A stretch of 32,000 bases of DNA. It comes from Synechococcus sp. A15-28 (GTDB taxonomy: Bacteria; Cyanobacteriota; Cyanobacteriia; PCC-6307; Cyanobiaceae). Of this stretch, positions 1 through 9,272 are shown piece by piece. Positions within the stretch are counted from its first letter, which is position 1. Each line of letters opens with the position of its first letter. A program made the position numbers and the translations under genes. Location of the stretch: contig NZ_CP047931.1 of the NCBI RefSeq assembly GCF_014280175.1, forward strand, positions 2,130,001 through 2,162,000, read 5' to 3'. The notes beneath the pieces were generated by a model. It ran no database searches. It was not told where the DNA came from and saw only the letters and a program-made list of their open reading frames with translations.

Positions 1-60
1 GTCTCTGCCCTGCATCGCCAATTCAGAGCGAAATCGTGAGGTTATAGATGATATATTGGA

Positions 61-816
61 TCAATACCGTGCCAACTCGGCGGTTGTGCTCACCACCCGA
101 ACCTGCTGAGTCGCGGTGACCACGCCATCGGGGTGCACCAGCATCAGGGCCCATGCCTGAATCCCCGGGCGTTGCGGTGCCTGCACCTGCTTGAACAAGC
201 CTCCGCCGCCGAGGGGAGCCAGCTGGATGGTGGGACGTTGCTGGTCGAGGCGCTGATCCGGCGTGAGTTCGATCAACCCTCCTGCCGCTACCGCCTGACC
301 CAAAGGCTCATCAAAGATGACATCGATGTCGTAGCGGCTGCCGGTGAGCACCGCGTCTGGGACCTGCACGGTGATAGGCAACGAAGCCGTGCCGCTGCGC
401 AACAGCGAGTGCTCATCGATCACCTCCTCCTCCAGCAACACACCGGCCTCGATCCGTCCGGCGAGGACCTGCGACGCCTCAAGCCGATAGTTCAGGCCAT
501 CAGCCTGCCTAGTACCACGCACGTTGACCCTCAGGCGGGAGCGGCCATCGGCCAGGGGATCCATCGCCTCGACACTCCAGCTGGCCTCCGGGAACGCAGC
601 GGATAAATCGTCATAACGACGCCGAATCGTGCTCTGGAGATCAGGCCCCGTGAGATGGAGCAGTCCTTCGGCATCGCGACTGTTGAGGGCCATCTCCAGG
701 CGACTCCCATACCCTGCCGCCGGGGATGGGGCCGCGACACTCGACGCCACCACCGGCAACGGCAGCGCCAACGCACACACCAGGCTCAGAAGGGCTGCTC
801 GCACTGAAGACCGCAC
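61..816 (-). CDS. hypothetical exported protein
   Basis: 251-aa ORF. The N-terminus MRSSVRAALLSLVCALALPLPVVASS looks like a signal peptide. Divergent from murG. No family recognised by eye. Confidence 0.55.
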   Translation of the reverse strand: MRSSVRAALLSLVCALALPLPVVASSVAAPSPAAGYGSRLEMALNSRDAEGLLHLTGPDLQSTIRRRYDDLSAAFPEASWSVEAMDPLADGRSRLRVNVRGTRQADGLNYRLEASQVLAGRIEAGVLLEEEVIDEHSLLRSGTASLPITVQVPDAVLTGSRYDIDVIFDEPLGQAVAAGGLIELTPDQRLDQQRPTIQLAPLGGGGLFKQVQAPQRPGIQAWALMLVHPDGVVTATQQVRVVSTTAELARY

Positions 817-874
817 CAGACCAACCCCGTCAATCGACCTAAGTTAGGCGCCACCAACGGGGACGTCCGCCGCC

Positions 875-1951
875 ATGACCCGGCTTCTGATCGCCGCCAG
901 CGGCACCGGCGGCCACCTGTTCCCGGCCCTGGCGGTGGCGGACTGTCTCGATGAGGGCTGGCAGGTGCGCTGGCTCGGTGTGCCGGACCGCCTCGAAACA
1001 CAGCTGGTGCCGGAACGTTTCCGGCTGATCACCGTTCAAGCCGGGGGCCTGCAGGGCAGCGGCTTGCGCAAGCTCTGGCAGCTACTGAGGCTGGTGGCGG
1101 CTGGCTTTCGGGTGCGGCGCCTGTTGAAACGTGAACGCACCCAGGTGGTGTTCACCACCGGCGGCTACATCGCAGCGCCGGCGATCCTCGCGGCTCGACT
1201 CTGCGGCATCCCCGCCGTTCTGCATGAAGCCAACGCCGTCCCCGGCCGCGTCACGCGACTGCTCGCCCGCTTCTGCACTGCCGTGGCCATCGGTCTGCCG
1301 GCGGCCTCAGAACGCATCCCCGGCTGCAGACCATTGCTCACAGGGATGCCGGTCCGCAGCAGCTTCCTCAACCCCCAACCGTTGCCGGACTGGGTGCCCA
1401 CTGGGGAGGGGCCGCTGCTGGTGGTGATCGGCGGCAGCCAGGGAGCGGTTGGCCTCAACCGCATGGTGCGAGCGGTCCTGCCGGAGCTGCTGGAGCAGGG
1501 CTGCCGGGTGGTGCACCTCACCGGCCGCAACGACCCCGAGGTGGGCCAGATGCAGCATCCGCTGCTGGCGGAGCGTTCCTTCAGCGATGAGATTCCAGGC
1601 CTGCTGCAACATGCCGACCTCGCCGTCAGCCGAGCTGGCGCCGGCAGCCTCAGCGAACTGGCGGTGTGCGGGACTCCCACCATCCTGGTGCCCTTCCCCC
1701 AGGCTGCGGATCAACACCAGGAGGCCAATGCCGCCTGCGCCGCTGAAGTTGGCGGGGCGGTGATCGTCCATCAGCACGCACCGGAGGAGCCGGTGCTGAT
1801 GCAAACGATTGAACGGCTGCTCGGGGCACGGCTCGGCCGCCCCCAGGCGGATCCCACCTTGCTTCCGACCATGCGCCGGGGCATGCAACACCTTGCGGTG
1901 CAGGACGCCGATCAACGGCTGATGGATCTGCTGCAAAGCCTTGTGGCCTGA
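875..1951 (+). CDS. murG: UDP-N-acetylglucosamine--N-acetylmuramyl-(pentapeptide) pyrophosphoryl-undecaprenol N-acetylglucosamine transferase
   Basis: 358 aa. N-terminal [19 protein letters not shown] glycine-rich motif, VIGGSQGA, and a C-terminal QHQEANA-type motif, all typical of MurG. Confidence 0.9.
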   Translation: MTRLLIAASGTGGHLFPALAVADCLDEGWQVRWLGVPDRLETQLVPERFRLITVQAGGLQGSGLRKLWQLLRLVAAGFRVRRLLKRERTQVVFTTGGYIAAPAILAARLCGIPAVLHEANAVPGRVTRLLARFCTAVAIGLPAASERIPGCRPLLTGMPVRSSFLNPQPLPDWVPTGEGPLLVVIGGSQGAVGLNRMVRAVLPELLEQGCRVVHLTGRNDPEVGQMQHPLLAERSFSDEIPGLLQHADLAVSRAGAGSLSELAVCGTPTILVPFPQAADQHQEANAACAAEVGGAVIVHQHAPEEPVLMQTIERLLGARLGRPQADPTLLPTMRRGMQHLAVQDADQRLMDLLQSLVA

Positions 1952-1953
1952 AC

Positions 1954-3030
1954 TCAGTGCTGGGGAGCACGCTGCAGCTCCCGCCGCAGGGCGCGAACGA
2001 TGCGGCGGTTGTTCCAACGGGACTGCAGGCCGATCCGCAGCCAACACTCCCCCAGACCGGCGAAGGATCGACAATCCCGCAACAGAATCCGATGGCGCTT
2101 TTCAAGCGCTTCGCGCAGGGGCACCTGGGAGGTCTCACTGCGGATGAGCAGATAGTTCGCCGCCGACGGCATGGCGCAGATCCCGGGCAGGGCAGCCAAC
2201 TGCCGCTGCATCCAGACCCCCTCCGTTGCCGTCCAACGCTGCACGCGCTCACACCAGCGTCGGTAATGCCGAGGAGATGCCAACAACCGTTCGCCAACAG
2301 CTAAAGCAATGCCATTCACCGGCCAGGGGTCACGCCATGCCGCCCAGCGCTGCAACCGCTCGGGCTGTGCAACGGCATAGCCCAGACGCAGCCCGGCGAT
2401 GCCATACAGCTTGGTGAGGCTGCGGATCACCACCAGGTTGGGGTGGTGCTGCACCAGCGGAATCAGCGACTGCCGCTCGCCATCGGGCACCAACGGCAGG
2501 AAGGCTTCATCGCAGATCACCAGCGAATAGCGCTCGAGCAGTGGTACGAGCGACTCACAACTCCACAACTGGCCTGTGGGGTTGTGAGGGTTGCAGATCC
2601 AGAGCACTTCAGCCTGGCTTGGCTTCGGCAGGGGCTGGGGAGCATCAGCGCACCAGTCCAGCGGCAGCTGCTGACCCATCCAGGGCCCATCCCAGCAACC
2701 GAGGGCTCGGCTGTAGTCAGCGAAACCAGGAGATGGCAGCAGACTCAACCCCGTTCCAGCTGCATCACGCGCAGCCCAGGTGAACAGTTCTGCGGCCCCG
2801 TTACCCGGCAACAACATCGCACCGGGAACGGCGTGCAACCGCGCCAGGTTGCGACGCAAACCACTGAGATGACGATCGGGGTAGTCACGAATGAGTGATC
2901 GCCTCAGCGGCGGCAGACGGGGGGTCCAGGGCACCAGAGATGCGCTGGCATCCAGCAGATCTGAGGGTCGACAGCCAAGGCGCGCTGCAATCGAAGCCCG
3001 GTTGCCGCCGTGACGGTGCTCGACGTCCAT
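1954..3030 (-). CDS. cobD: class I/II PLP-dependent aminotransferase, CobD-like threonine-phosphate decarboxylase
   Basis: The HRHGGN...DLLDASASLVPWTP N-terminus resembles the CobD HGGN...DFSANINP pattern, and SLTKLYGIAGLRLGY is the PLP-lysine context. The ORF track starts at 3138, but that extension overlaps the pyrD 3' end. I use the ATG at 3028-3030 (MDVEHRHGGN). Confidence 0.65.
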   Translation of the reverse strand: MDVEHRHGGNRASIAARLGCRPSDLLDASASLVPWTPRLPPLRRSLIRDYPDRHLSGLRRNLARLHAVPGAMLLPGNGAAELFTWAARDAAGTGLSLLPSPGFADYSRALGCWDGPWMGQQLPLDWCADAPQPLPKPSQAEVLWICNPHNPTGQLWSCESLVPLLERYSLVICDEAFLPLVPDGERQSLIPLVQHHPNLVVIRSLTKLYGIAGLRLGYAVAQPERLQRWAAWRDPWPVNGIALAVGERLLASPRHYRRWCERVQRWTATEGVWMQRQLAALPGICAMPSAANYLLIRSETSQVPLREALEKRHRILLRDCRSFAGLGECWLRIGLQSRWNNRRIVRALRRELQRAPQH

Positions 3031-3082
3031 CCCGACTCCCGATGAACTCAAGCAGCCAATTTTTAAGTATGCCAATTGACTC

Positions 3083-4285
3083 TTAAACCCCTGAACAGCC
3101 TTCCGCATCGTCTGAAGCGGCCAGCCAGGGCAAACCACTGCCCACCGCCTCCGAGATGGTCCTCAAACCATGGCGGTCCATCTGCATCTGGAGCCCCTCA
3201 AGAATCTGAGGCACCAGATCAGGCCCTTTGAAAATCCAGCCCGTATAGAGCTGGACCAATGAGGCTCCAGCGGTGATCCGCTCCCAGGCGATCTCAGCCG
3301 AATCGATGCCTCCAACACCGATCAGCGTCAGGGCCGGCCCGGCACTGACCCGCAGGCGGCGGATCACTTCAAGTGCCCGTTGCCGCAGGGGCGCTCCACT
3401 GAGCCCCCCCGCTTCCTGTGCCAGGGTGCGGCCGGTCTGCAGCAGCCGACGCTGCTCCAGCCCCAGGCGATCCAGGCTTGTGTTCACCGCGATCACCCCA
3501 GCCAAGCCCTCCTCGAAGGCCAGGCGAGCGATGCCATCAATCGCCTCATCCTCCAGATCTGGAGCGATCTTCACCAGCAATGGCGGACAGGCCGGCAAGC
3601 GCCGCAGTCGCTCCACCAGCCGCCGCAACTGACTGGAGTCCTGCAGATCCCGCAGTCCAGGGGTGTTTGGGGAACTCACATTAATCACGGCGTAGTCCGC
3701 CGAGGGAGCCAGCAGCTCCAGCGAGGAGGCGTAATCCTCCGGGGCCTGTTCCAGCGCGGTGACCTTGGATTTGCCCACGTTGATTCCCAGCACCGCCGGG
3801 CGGCGGCCGGGGGGATCCAGCCGTTGCCGTTCCAGGGTTCTGCGCAACGCCTGGGCCCCGTCGTTGTTGAAGCCCATGCGATTCAGGGCCGCCTGTTCCT
3901 CGGCCAGACGAAACAAACGGGGGCGGGGATTGCCGGGCTGGCCATGCCAGGTGACGGTGCCCACCTCCGCAAAGCCGAACCCGAAGCGATCCCAGAGACC
4001 GGCCGCCACACCGTTCTTGTCGAAACCGGCCGCCAGACCCACCGGATTGGGGAAACGACAACCGAACAACACCTGCTCGAGGCGCAGATCACGCCGCTGC
4101 AGATCACCGGCAAGGCCCTCCAGCACCGTGGACACCAGGGGCCATTGACGCCTCAGCGACGCCTGTCCCAGAGCGGTCAGTGCTGTCTGCGAGAGCTGCT
4201 CTGCATCCAGTCCTTCGTCATTGGCCAACACCGGCCCCAGCCAGCGCTGGTAGAACTCGCCGCTGCTGAGAGGGGATGGCGGCAT
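3083..4285 (-). CDS. pyrD: dihydroorotate dehydrogenase (quinone), class 2
   Basis: 400 aa with [27 protein letters not shown] and [15 protein letters not shown] motifs characteristic of PyrD. Confidence 0.9.
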   Translation of the reverse strand: MPPSPLSSGEFYQRWLGPVLANDEGLDAEQLSQTALTALGQASLRRQWPLVSTVLEGLAGDLQRRDLRLEQVLFGCRFPNPVGLAAGFDKNGVAAGLWDRFGFGFAEVGTVTWHGQPGNPRPRLFRLAEEQAALNRMGFNNDGAQALRRTLERQRLDPPGRRPAVLGINVGKSKVTALEQAPEDYASSLELLAPSADYAVINVSSPNTPGLRDLQDSSQLRRLVERLRRLPACPPLLVKIAPDLEDEAIDGIARLAFEEGLAGVIAVNTSLDRLGLEQRRLLQTGRTLAQEAGGLSGAPLRQRALEVIRRLRVSAGPALTLIGVGGIDSAEIAWERITAGASLVQLYTGWIFKGPDLVPQILEGLQMQMDRHGLRTISEAVGSGLPWLAASDDAEGCSGV

Positions 4286-4294
4286 GGCGATCGC

Positions 4295-5035
4295 TCAGGA
4301 CTGTTCTGATCCTGCCTCGCGACGCTGCAGGGTCCAGCGCCCCTCTTCAGCTGGGCGCACCTGCCAGTCCCGCCAGAACCACGGCTCCTGACGGCGCTCG
4401 AGCTGCTTCAACGGCAGTTCCACAAGCTGCGCCAGCTCCAACAGGCTGAGGCTGAAGCCCCCATCCGCCAGACGATCCGCCAGCTCCAGGCGGCTTAACA
4501 ACTGCACCAGCTGTTGTGGTGCTGGATCGTCATCGGCCACCTCCGCATCACCCTCAACAGATGGCTGCCCGAGATCCATAAGGCGACCCTGGGAAAAAGC
4601 GACTGCGATCCGGTCCACCCGATCGTTGTCCGGATCACCGCTGTGGCCTTTCACATAGGCCAACGGCACATCATCCAGCCGGGCTGCGTCCAGAGATTTC
4701 CAGAGATCCTGGTTCAGCACAGGCTTGCCGGCCGCTGTCTTCCAGCCCTTGCGCTTCCAGCCCTTGATCCAGGAGCCAAGTCCATCGATCAGGTATTTGC
4801 TGTCGGTGCGCAGGGTGAGATCGGGATGCCGCGGAAGGTCCTTCAACCGCTGCAGCAGCTCCAACGCCGCCTGCAGTTCCATGCGGTTGTTGGTCGTCGC
4901 CGGGTCATGACCGCCGAATTCCTCGACACTGCCGTCTTCAAAGCGCAGCAGGCCTCCCCAGCCCCCTGGGCCCGGATTACCACTGCAGGCTCCATCGGTG
5001 GCAGCAGCCACCACCCGGCCCCGTCCTTCAGCCAT
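4295..5035 (-). CDS. rnhA: ribonuclease HI with a ~95-aa C-terminal extension
   Basis: [39 protein letters not shown] and [17 protein letters not shown] carry the RNase H catalytic D/E/D/D contexts. The ORF could also start at 5083. The ATG at 5033-5035 gives the canonical N-terminus. Confidence 0.8.
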   Translation of the reverse strand: MAEGRGRVVAAATDGACSGNPGPGGWGGLLRFEDGSVEEFGGHDPATTNNRMELQAALELLQRLKDLPRHPDLTLRTDSKYLIDGLGSWIKGWKRKGWKTAAGKPVLNQDLWKSLDAARLDDVPLAYVKGHSGDPDNDRVDRIAVAFSQGRLMDLGQPSVEGDAEVADDDPAPQQLVQLLSRLELADRLADGGFSLSLLELAQLVELPLKQLERRQEPWFWRDWQVRPAEEGRWTLQRREAGSEQS

Positions 5036-5085
5036 TGCTCCCCCTGGGCTGGTTTCGATACAACGTGGTTTCTCGCAGGCCACTG

Positions 5086-5784
5086 ATGCGGCGAACTTAC
5101 TTCCGCAGCCTGATCCTGGCCGCAGTCCTTTGCGGCACCGCGGGGTGGTTGCCAGCGGCTCAATCCGCCCGCGGCCTGTTCGACAGCAAGGCGCTGCAGC
5201 AGAACCGCTTTGCGGTGCTGGCTCAGCCGGTGGGACAGCGCAACTGGAAGCTGTTGGTGCTGGAGCAGATCAAGCAACGACCCCGCTGCTGGACACTGCG
5301 ATCGGACGGTCTGGTGGATCCGACCCTCAACACCTTCAACTTCGCCGGGATCTGCAGCCGTTACCTCGACAGCAATGGCTATTCCCTTCGCAGCGGTGGT
5401 GAGGACCTTGGCAGCCGCTTTCGGCTGAGCCTGCGGCAGAGCGGCAACAATCTGCAGTTGCAGGCCCTCAACCCACGCCAGGGAGCTCCCATCGTGGTCG
5501 GCCGAGTCACGATCCCAAAGCGGGATCGCAACGGCTTCGTTCAGATTCGGCTGGATCCAGCCTGGCGCCTGGAACGACGGGTCTACAAAGGCCGCACCCT
5601 CAGCCACGTCTATTTCGCCCATCCAGACCCGGTGAACCGGCTCCTGGCCCGGGCGGAGCAAGGAAGTGACAGCGGATTCAGCCGGCTGGGGGCCCCAACG
5701 GCACCGATGGCACCAAGACGTAACCAACGCGTGGCCAGTAATGGGCAACCCATTCAGCTGGAGGTCATTCCGTACCGCCCCTGA
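5086..5784 (+). CDS. conserved hypothetical exported protein
   Basis: The ORF 5035-5784 has an internal start, [27 protein letters not shown], which gives a clean signal peptide. No catalytic motif recognised. Confidence 0.55.
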   Translation: MRRTYFRSLILAAVLCGTAGWLPAAQSARGLFDSKALQQNRFAVLAQPVGQRNWKLLVLEQIKQRPRCWTLRSDGLVDPTLNTFNFAGICSRYLDSNGYSLRSGGEDLGSRFRLSLRQSGNNLQLQALNPRQGAPIVVGRVTIPKRDRNGFVQIRLDPAWRLERRVYKGRTLSHVYFAHPDPVNRLLARAEQGSDSGFSRLGAPTAPMAPRRNQRVASNGQPIQLEVIPYRP

Positions 5785-5865
5785 CGTGACCAACTGTCAC
5801 AGTGACAGTCGGCAGGCTGACCTGCCAGGATGTGAGATACCTTGACCTGCACTTAGGTTTTATTT

Positions 5866-5963
5866 GTGTGAGGAGTGCAGAGCATCTCTTCAGGGTCGAA
5901 ACAAGGACAGACTCCTGAACGTGTTCCACTTAAAAAAGCCCCTGCCTTAGGCGGGGGTTTTTT
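5866..5963 (+). ncRNA. candidate Yfr-type small RNA (carries the exact complement of the Yfr1 undecamer; strand not settled)
   Basis: GTGTGAGGAGT at 5866-5876 is the reverse complement of ACTCCTCACAC. A TAnnnT-type -10 candidate, TAGGTT, lies at 5854-5859. GAAACA is at 5898-5903. A 6-bp helix pairs AGGAGT 5871-5876 with ACTCCT 5911-5916. A strong intrinsic terminator lies at the 3' end. The region is intergenic and AT-richer than its flanks. Confidence 0.3.
5932..5963. terminator. bidirectional rho-independent terminator shared by rplL (-) and the exported-protein gene or sRNA (+)
   Basis: AAAAAA-GCCCCTGC-CTTAG-GCGGGGG-TTTTTT. The GC-rich stem pairs 5939-5945 with 5951-5957 (7 bp). It is flanked by an A6 tract on one side and a T6 tract on the other, so it reads as hairpin plus U-run on both strands. 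Confidence 0.65.
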
Positions 5964-6058
5964 ATTGCCATGTCGAGGCAGCAAAAAGCTGGCCTTTGAA
6001 GACCGGCTTTGTTGGTCTTGAAAAAGTTGGTCGGGCCGGCAAAACCTGCCCGATGGGA

Positions 6059-6451
6059 TCACTTGAGAGTGACCTTGCCACCCACTTCTTCGATCTCTTT
6101 CTTGAGAGCTTCGGCTTCGTCTTTGGAAATGCCTTCCTTGACGGGCTTGGGGGCAGCCTCCACCAGAGCCTTGGCGTCGCCAAGACCCAGGCCGGTGGCG
6201 TTGCGCACAGCCTTGAGCACCTTGATTTTGGCTGCAGCGTCGAAGCTTTCGAGGATGACGTCGAATTCGGTCTGTTCCTCGGCGGCTTCACCACCACCGG
6301 CGGCAGGAGCGCCGGGGGCAGCCATCACGACGCCGGCGGACGCGGCGGCTGACACACCGAAGGCCTCCTCGATCTGCTTGACCAGCTCGGAAGCTTCCAG
6401 CAGAGAAAGGGACTTCAGTGATTCGAGAATTTCGTCGGTTTTTGCAGACAT
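6059..6451 (-). CDS. rplL: 50S ribosomal protein L7/L12
   Basis: 130 aa: [33 protein letters not shown], an Ala/Gly hinge, then [24 protein letters not shown]. Confidence 0.95.
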   Translation of the reverse strand: MSAKTDEILESLKSLSLLEASELVKQIEEAFGVSAAASAGVVMAAPGAPAAGGGEAAEEQTEFDVILESFDAAAKIKVLKAVRNATGLGLGDAKALVEAAPKPVKEGISKDEAEALKKEIEEVGGKVTLK

Positions 6452-6507
6452 GGTTGTGAATGAAGAAGCAACAGATCAGTGAAACCAGTGATGTCGGCAG
6501 AGAGCGC

Positions 6508-7035
6508 TCAGCTATCGCCGCCTTCGGCGTGCTGCTTGAGCGCCCGCGCGAGACCGGAGGGAACCTCGTTGATGCCCACAGCAACCTTCGTGGCCACGGC
6601 GTTGATCGCACCGGCGATCTGTGCCATGAGCTGCTCCTTGGAGGGGAGATCGGCGATGGCCTTGATCTCGTCCTGAGAGAGAAGCTTGCCTTCGAAAAGG
6701 CCGCCCTTGGTTTCGGACTTTTTGGTCTCCTTCTGGAAAGCCTGAACGGCTTTCACACCGGCACCGACATCGCCCTTGATTAGAACGAAGGCGTTGGTGC
6801 CTGTGAGAAGAGAGTCGAGATTCGACCAGGCGTTGTCACCATCGATGGCACGGCGCATCAAGGTGTTTTTGGTCACCTTGCACACCGCGTTGCCAGCCCG
6901 CAGACGATCCCGCAGGTCGGACATTTCCTTGATGGAGAGGCCCTTGTAATCAAGAACCAGCGCCAGTTCGGACTCGGCGAGGAGCTCCTTGAGCTCTCCG
7001 ACGATCTGCTGCTTGCTCTCCAGCGTGCGGCCCAT
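6508..7035 (-). CDS. rplJ: 50S ribosomal protein L10
   Basis: 175 aa, immediately upstream of rplL. Has the typical L10 N-terminus ([12 protein letters not shown]...[17 protein letters not shown]). Confidence 0.95.
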   Translation of the reverse strand: MGRTLESKQQIVGELKELLAESELALVLDYKGLSIKEMSDLRDRLRAGNAVCKVTKNTLMRRAIDGDNAWSNLDSLLTGTNAFVLIKGDVGAGVKAVQAFQKETKKSETKGGLFEGKLLSQDEIKAIADLPSKEQLMAQIAGAINAVATKVAVGINEVPSGLARALKQHAEGGDS

Positions 7036-7271
7036 AGGGATTGGATCGGATCGAGGGGGAACAAGCTGGACACACGGCCGATCGAGTCTTCGAAGAAGAC
7101 GAGGCCGCGTGTCGATCCAATCCCGAATGGGAGAAAAATCGTGTCGCGTCTGCCTCGGCAGGGATTACATCGACTGGCCCGTCAAAGACGGGCCTTGAAT
7201 TCCTGCTGTCTCTGGCCGGGCGCGTGCCCGATTTGGCAATTGCCAATGTTTGAGTGTAAACGAGAGCCGGC
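7036..7271 (-). promoter_or_regulatory. structured rplJ (L10) leader, candidate autoregulatory element
   Basis: 236-nt spacer inside the r-protein cluster. A perfect 12-bp long-range helix pairs 7037-7048 with 7113-7124, and its 3' arm (mRNA sense) ends 1 nt before the rplJ AUG. Inner hairpins are GTCTTC-GAA-GAAGAC (7086-7100) and GGCCCGTC-AAA-GACGGGCC (7176-7194). Confidence 0.4.
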
Positions 7272-7979
7272 TCAGCTCCCTTGCTCAATGTCCTGGAGGG
7301 CAGAGAAGTCCACTTCCACGGACGGACCCATGGTGGAGGTCACATACAGAGACTTCCAGTAGCGGCCCTTGGCACCGCTGGGCTTGTTGCGGTCGATGGT
7401 CTCCTGCAGGGTCTTGAGGTTCTGGAGGAGAGCCTCGGCGGTGAAGCTGGCTTTACCGAAACGCACGTGCACGATGCCGGTGCGATCTGCCCTGAATTCC
7501 AGTTTGCCGGCCTTGAATTCCTGGATGGCAGCCGCCAGATCCGTGGTCACGGTGCCGGCCTTGGGGTTCGGCATCAGACCCCGGGGTCCCAGCACGCGAC
7601 CGAGCTTGGCCACCTTGGGCATCATGTCCGGTGTGGCGATCAGCAGGTCGAAATCCATCTCACCTTTGGCGATGGTCTCCACCAGGTCTTCGTCGCCGGC
7701 GAGTTCAGCCCCCGCCGCCTTGGCCTCGGCGACCTTCTCACCGCGGGTCACCACCGCGATGCGAACGGTCTGACCGGTGCCATTGGGCAGCGCCACGGTG
7801 GTGCGCAGCTGCTGGTCGGTGTATTTGGGATCGATGCCGAGGCGCACGTGGGCCTCCATCGTTTCGTCGAACTTGGCGTTGGCGTTGTCCTTGACCAGGG
7901 CAATCGCCTCGAGGGGTTCGTAGAGACGATCCTCGATCTTGCCGGCGAGGCTCGCCAGGCGTTTTGAGAGGGTTGGCAT
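7272..7979 (-). CDS. rplA: 50S ribosomal protein L1
   Basis: 235 aa, with [23 protein letters not shown] and the [14 protein letters not shown] motif. Confidence 0.95.
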   Translation of the reverse strand: MPTLSKRLASLAGKIEDRLYEPLEAIALVKDNANAKFDETMEAHVRLGIDPKYTDQQLRTTVALPNGTGQTVRIAVVTRGEKVAEAKAAGAELAGDEDLVETIAKGEMDFDLLIATPDMMPKVAKLGRVLGPRGLMPNPKAGTVTTDLAAAIQEFKAGKLEFRADRTGIVHVRFGKASFTAEALLQNLKTLQETIDRNKPSGAKGRYWKSLYVTSTMGPSVEVDFSALQDIEQGS

Positions 7980-8051
7980 AACAGGATTGGGGTACGGACG
8001 ACATCAGCGATGTCTCCCCCGGTAAGGGTTGAAGAATGAAGCGGCGACGAT

Positions 8052-8477
8052 TCAGTCGCTGATGGAAACGCCCATGTTGCGGGCGGTTCCTTCGATGATC
8101 CGCATGGCGGACTCGACGCTGGTGCAATTGAGATCAGGAAGCTTGGTCTTGGCGATCTCCTCGAGCTGGGCCCGGTTGATCGATCCGACATTGCCCTTGG
8201 CGGACTCGCCGGAACCTTTCTCGATCTTGGCGGCCTTGGTGATCAGCACCGACGCTGGAGGCGTCTTGGTGATGAAGGTGAAGCTGCGGTCTTCGTAGAC
8301 CGAGATCTCCACCGGGATCACAAAACCGGCTTTGTCCTGCGTCCGAGCGTTGTACTCCTTGCAGAACATCATGATGTTCACACCGTGCTGACCGAGGGCT
8401 GGGCCCACCGGTGGTGCAGGGTTGGCTTTGCCGGCCTGAAGGGCCAGCTTGATAACTGCGGTGACTTTCTTGGCCAT
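8052..8477 (-). CDS. rplK: 50S ribosomal protein L11
   Basis: 141 aa: [44 protein letters not shown]. Confidence 0.95.
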   Translation of the reverse strand: MAKKVTAVIKLALQAGKANPAPPVGPALGQHGVNIMMFCKEYNARTQDKAGFVIPVEISVYEDRSFTFITKTPPASVLITKAAKIEKGSGESAKGNVGSINRAQLEEIAKTKLPDLNCTSVESAMRIIEGTARNMGVSISD

Positions 8478-8584
8478 TGACGAACGGCTTTTGACATCTG
8501 CGGATCACCAGGCCCGTGGGCCGAGTGGGGCAGGGTGAAAATCACCCCTGAGGCCGCCCTCCGCAGGGAAGCGGCCGCCGCTGG
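8478..8584 (-). promoter_or_regulatory. structured rplK-rplA leader, candidate L1-binding autoregulatory element
   Basis: 107-nt nusG-rplK spacer. An outer 7-bp helix (CTGCGGA 8498-8504 with TCCGCAG 8560-8566) encloses GGCCC-GT-GGGCC (8511-8522), GGGTGA-AAA-TCACCC (8533-8547) and GAGG-CCGC-CCTC (8550-8561). Confidence 0.35.
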
Positions 8585-9253
8585 TCAGTTCTGCTTGGAG
8601 ATCTGTGAGAACTCCAGTTCCACAGGAGTTTCACGACCAAAAATGGACAACAGGGCCTTGAGCTTGTTGCGCTCTCCCGAGACCTCGATCACCTCGCCCT
8701 GGAAATCCTTGAACGGACCAGCGGTCACAAGGATCTGATCACCCTCGGCGAGATCCACCTTGACCACGGTTTTCTTCTCGGCCGCACGCTTGAAGATCCG
8801 ATCGACTTCCGCGCGGCTGAGGGGGCGCGGCTTGATATGGCCACGAGCCTTGCCCGTGGCGCGACGATCCTCCGCCCCAACGAAGTTGATCACGTTTGGC
8901 GTGCTGCGGACCGCCATCATCGTGTCCTCATCGAGAACCATCCGCACCAGCACGTAACCCGGGAAAACCTTTTCTTCAGTGGACTGGCGGGAACCGTCCT
9001 TTTTCAACTTGACCGCTGGGGTCTGCGGGATCTCGATCTCGAGGATGCGCTTGCTCACCCCCAGCGTGATCGCCCGCTGCTCCAGGGTCGCCTTCACTTT
9101 CTTCTCGCAGCTGGAGGCCACCTGAACCGCATACCAGCGCGCAATCGCGGTGTTGGCGGCCGGAGTGTCCGACAGCGTGCCCTCTTCACCCTCATTCGGG
9201 GCCGGCAGGTCGCGCACCTCGGAGGGGTCCGTTGTGGTCAGATCGTCGGGCAC
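8585..9253 (-). CDS. nusG: transcription termination/antitermination factor NusG
   Basis: 222 aa. WYAVQVASSCEKKVKATLEQR is the NGN domain and the C-terminal part ILVTAGPFKDFQGEVIEV is KOW-like. There is an acidic N-terminal extension. It sits in the conserved secE-nusG-rplK context. Confidence 0.9.
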   Translation of the reverse strand: MPDDLTTTDPSEVRDLPAPNEGEEGTLSDTPAANTAIARWYAVQVASSCEKKVKATLEQRAITLGVSKRILEIEIPQTPAVKLKKDGSRQSTEEKVFPGYVLVRMVLDEDTMMAVRSTPNVINFVGAEDRRATGKARGHIKPRPLSRAEVDRIFKRAAEKKTVVKVDLAEGDQILVTAGPFKDFQGEVIEVSGERNKLKALLSIFGRETPVELEFSQISKQN

Positions 9254-9272
9254 GGCTGAAAAGGGGTGCGGA

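Noticed and set aside
1307-2074. Long overlapping ORFs opposite murG (also 3380-4309 opposite pyrD and 7281-7967 opposite rplA)
   Set aside because: These are GC-driven antisense ORFs. In each case the partner strand carries a clearly identifiable conserved protein.
3031-3138. N-terminal 36-codon extension of the cobD-like ORF
   Set aside because: It overlaps the 3' end of pyrD and adds non-conserved-looking sequence. The ATG at 3030 yields the HGGN N-terminus typical of the family.
4287-4294. HIP1-type palindrome GCGATCGC between pyrD and rnhA
   Set aside because: I noticed only one perfect copy in the window, so there is no enrichment or arrangement suggesting function here.
5875-6020. 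Small ORF starting at the GTG right after GAGGAG in the rplL-downstream spacer
   Set aside because: The GTG abuts the putative Shine-Dalgarno sequence with no spacing. The frame also runs straight through the intrinsic terminator hairpin. It is more plausibly non-coding RNA sequence.
5853-6297. Minus-strand ORFs 5853-6062 and 5962-6297 overlapping the rplL end and spacer
   Set aside because: They are out of frame with rplL, overlap the terminator, and have low-complexity translations.
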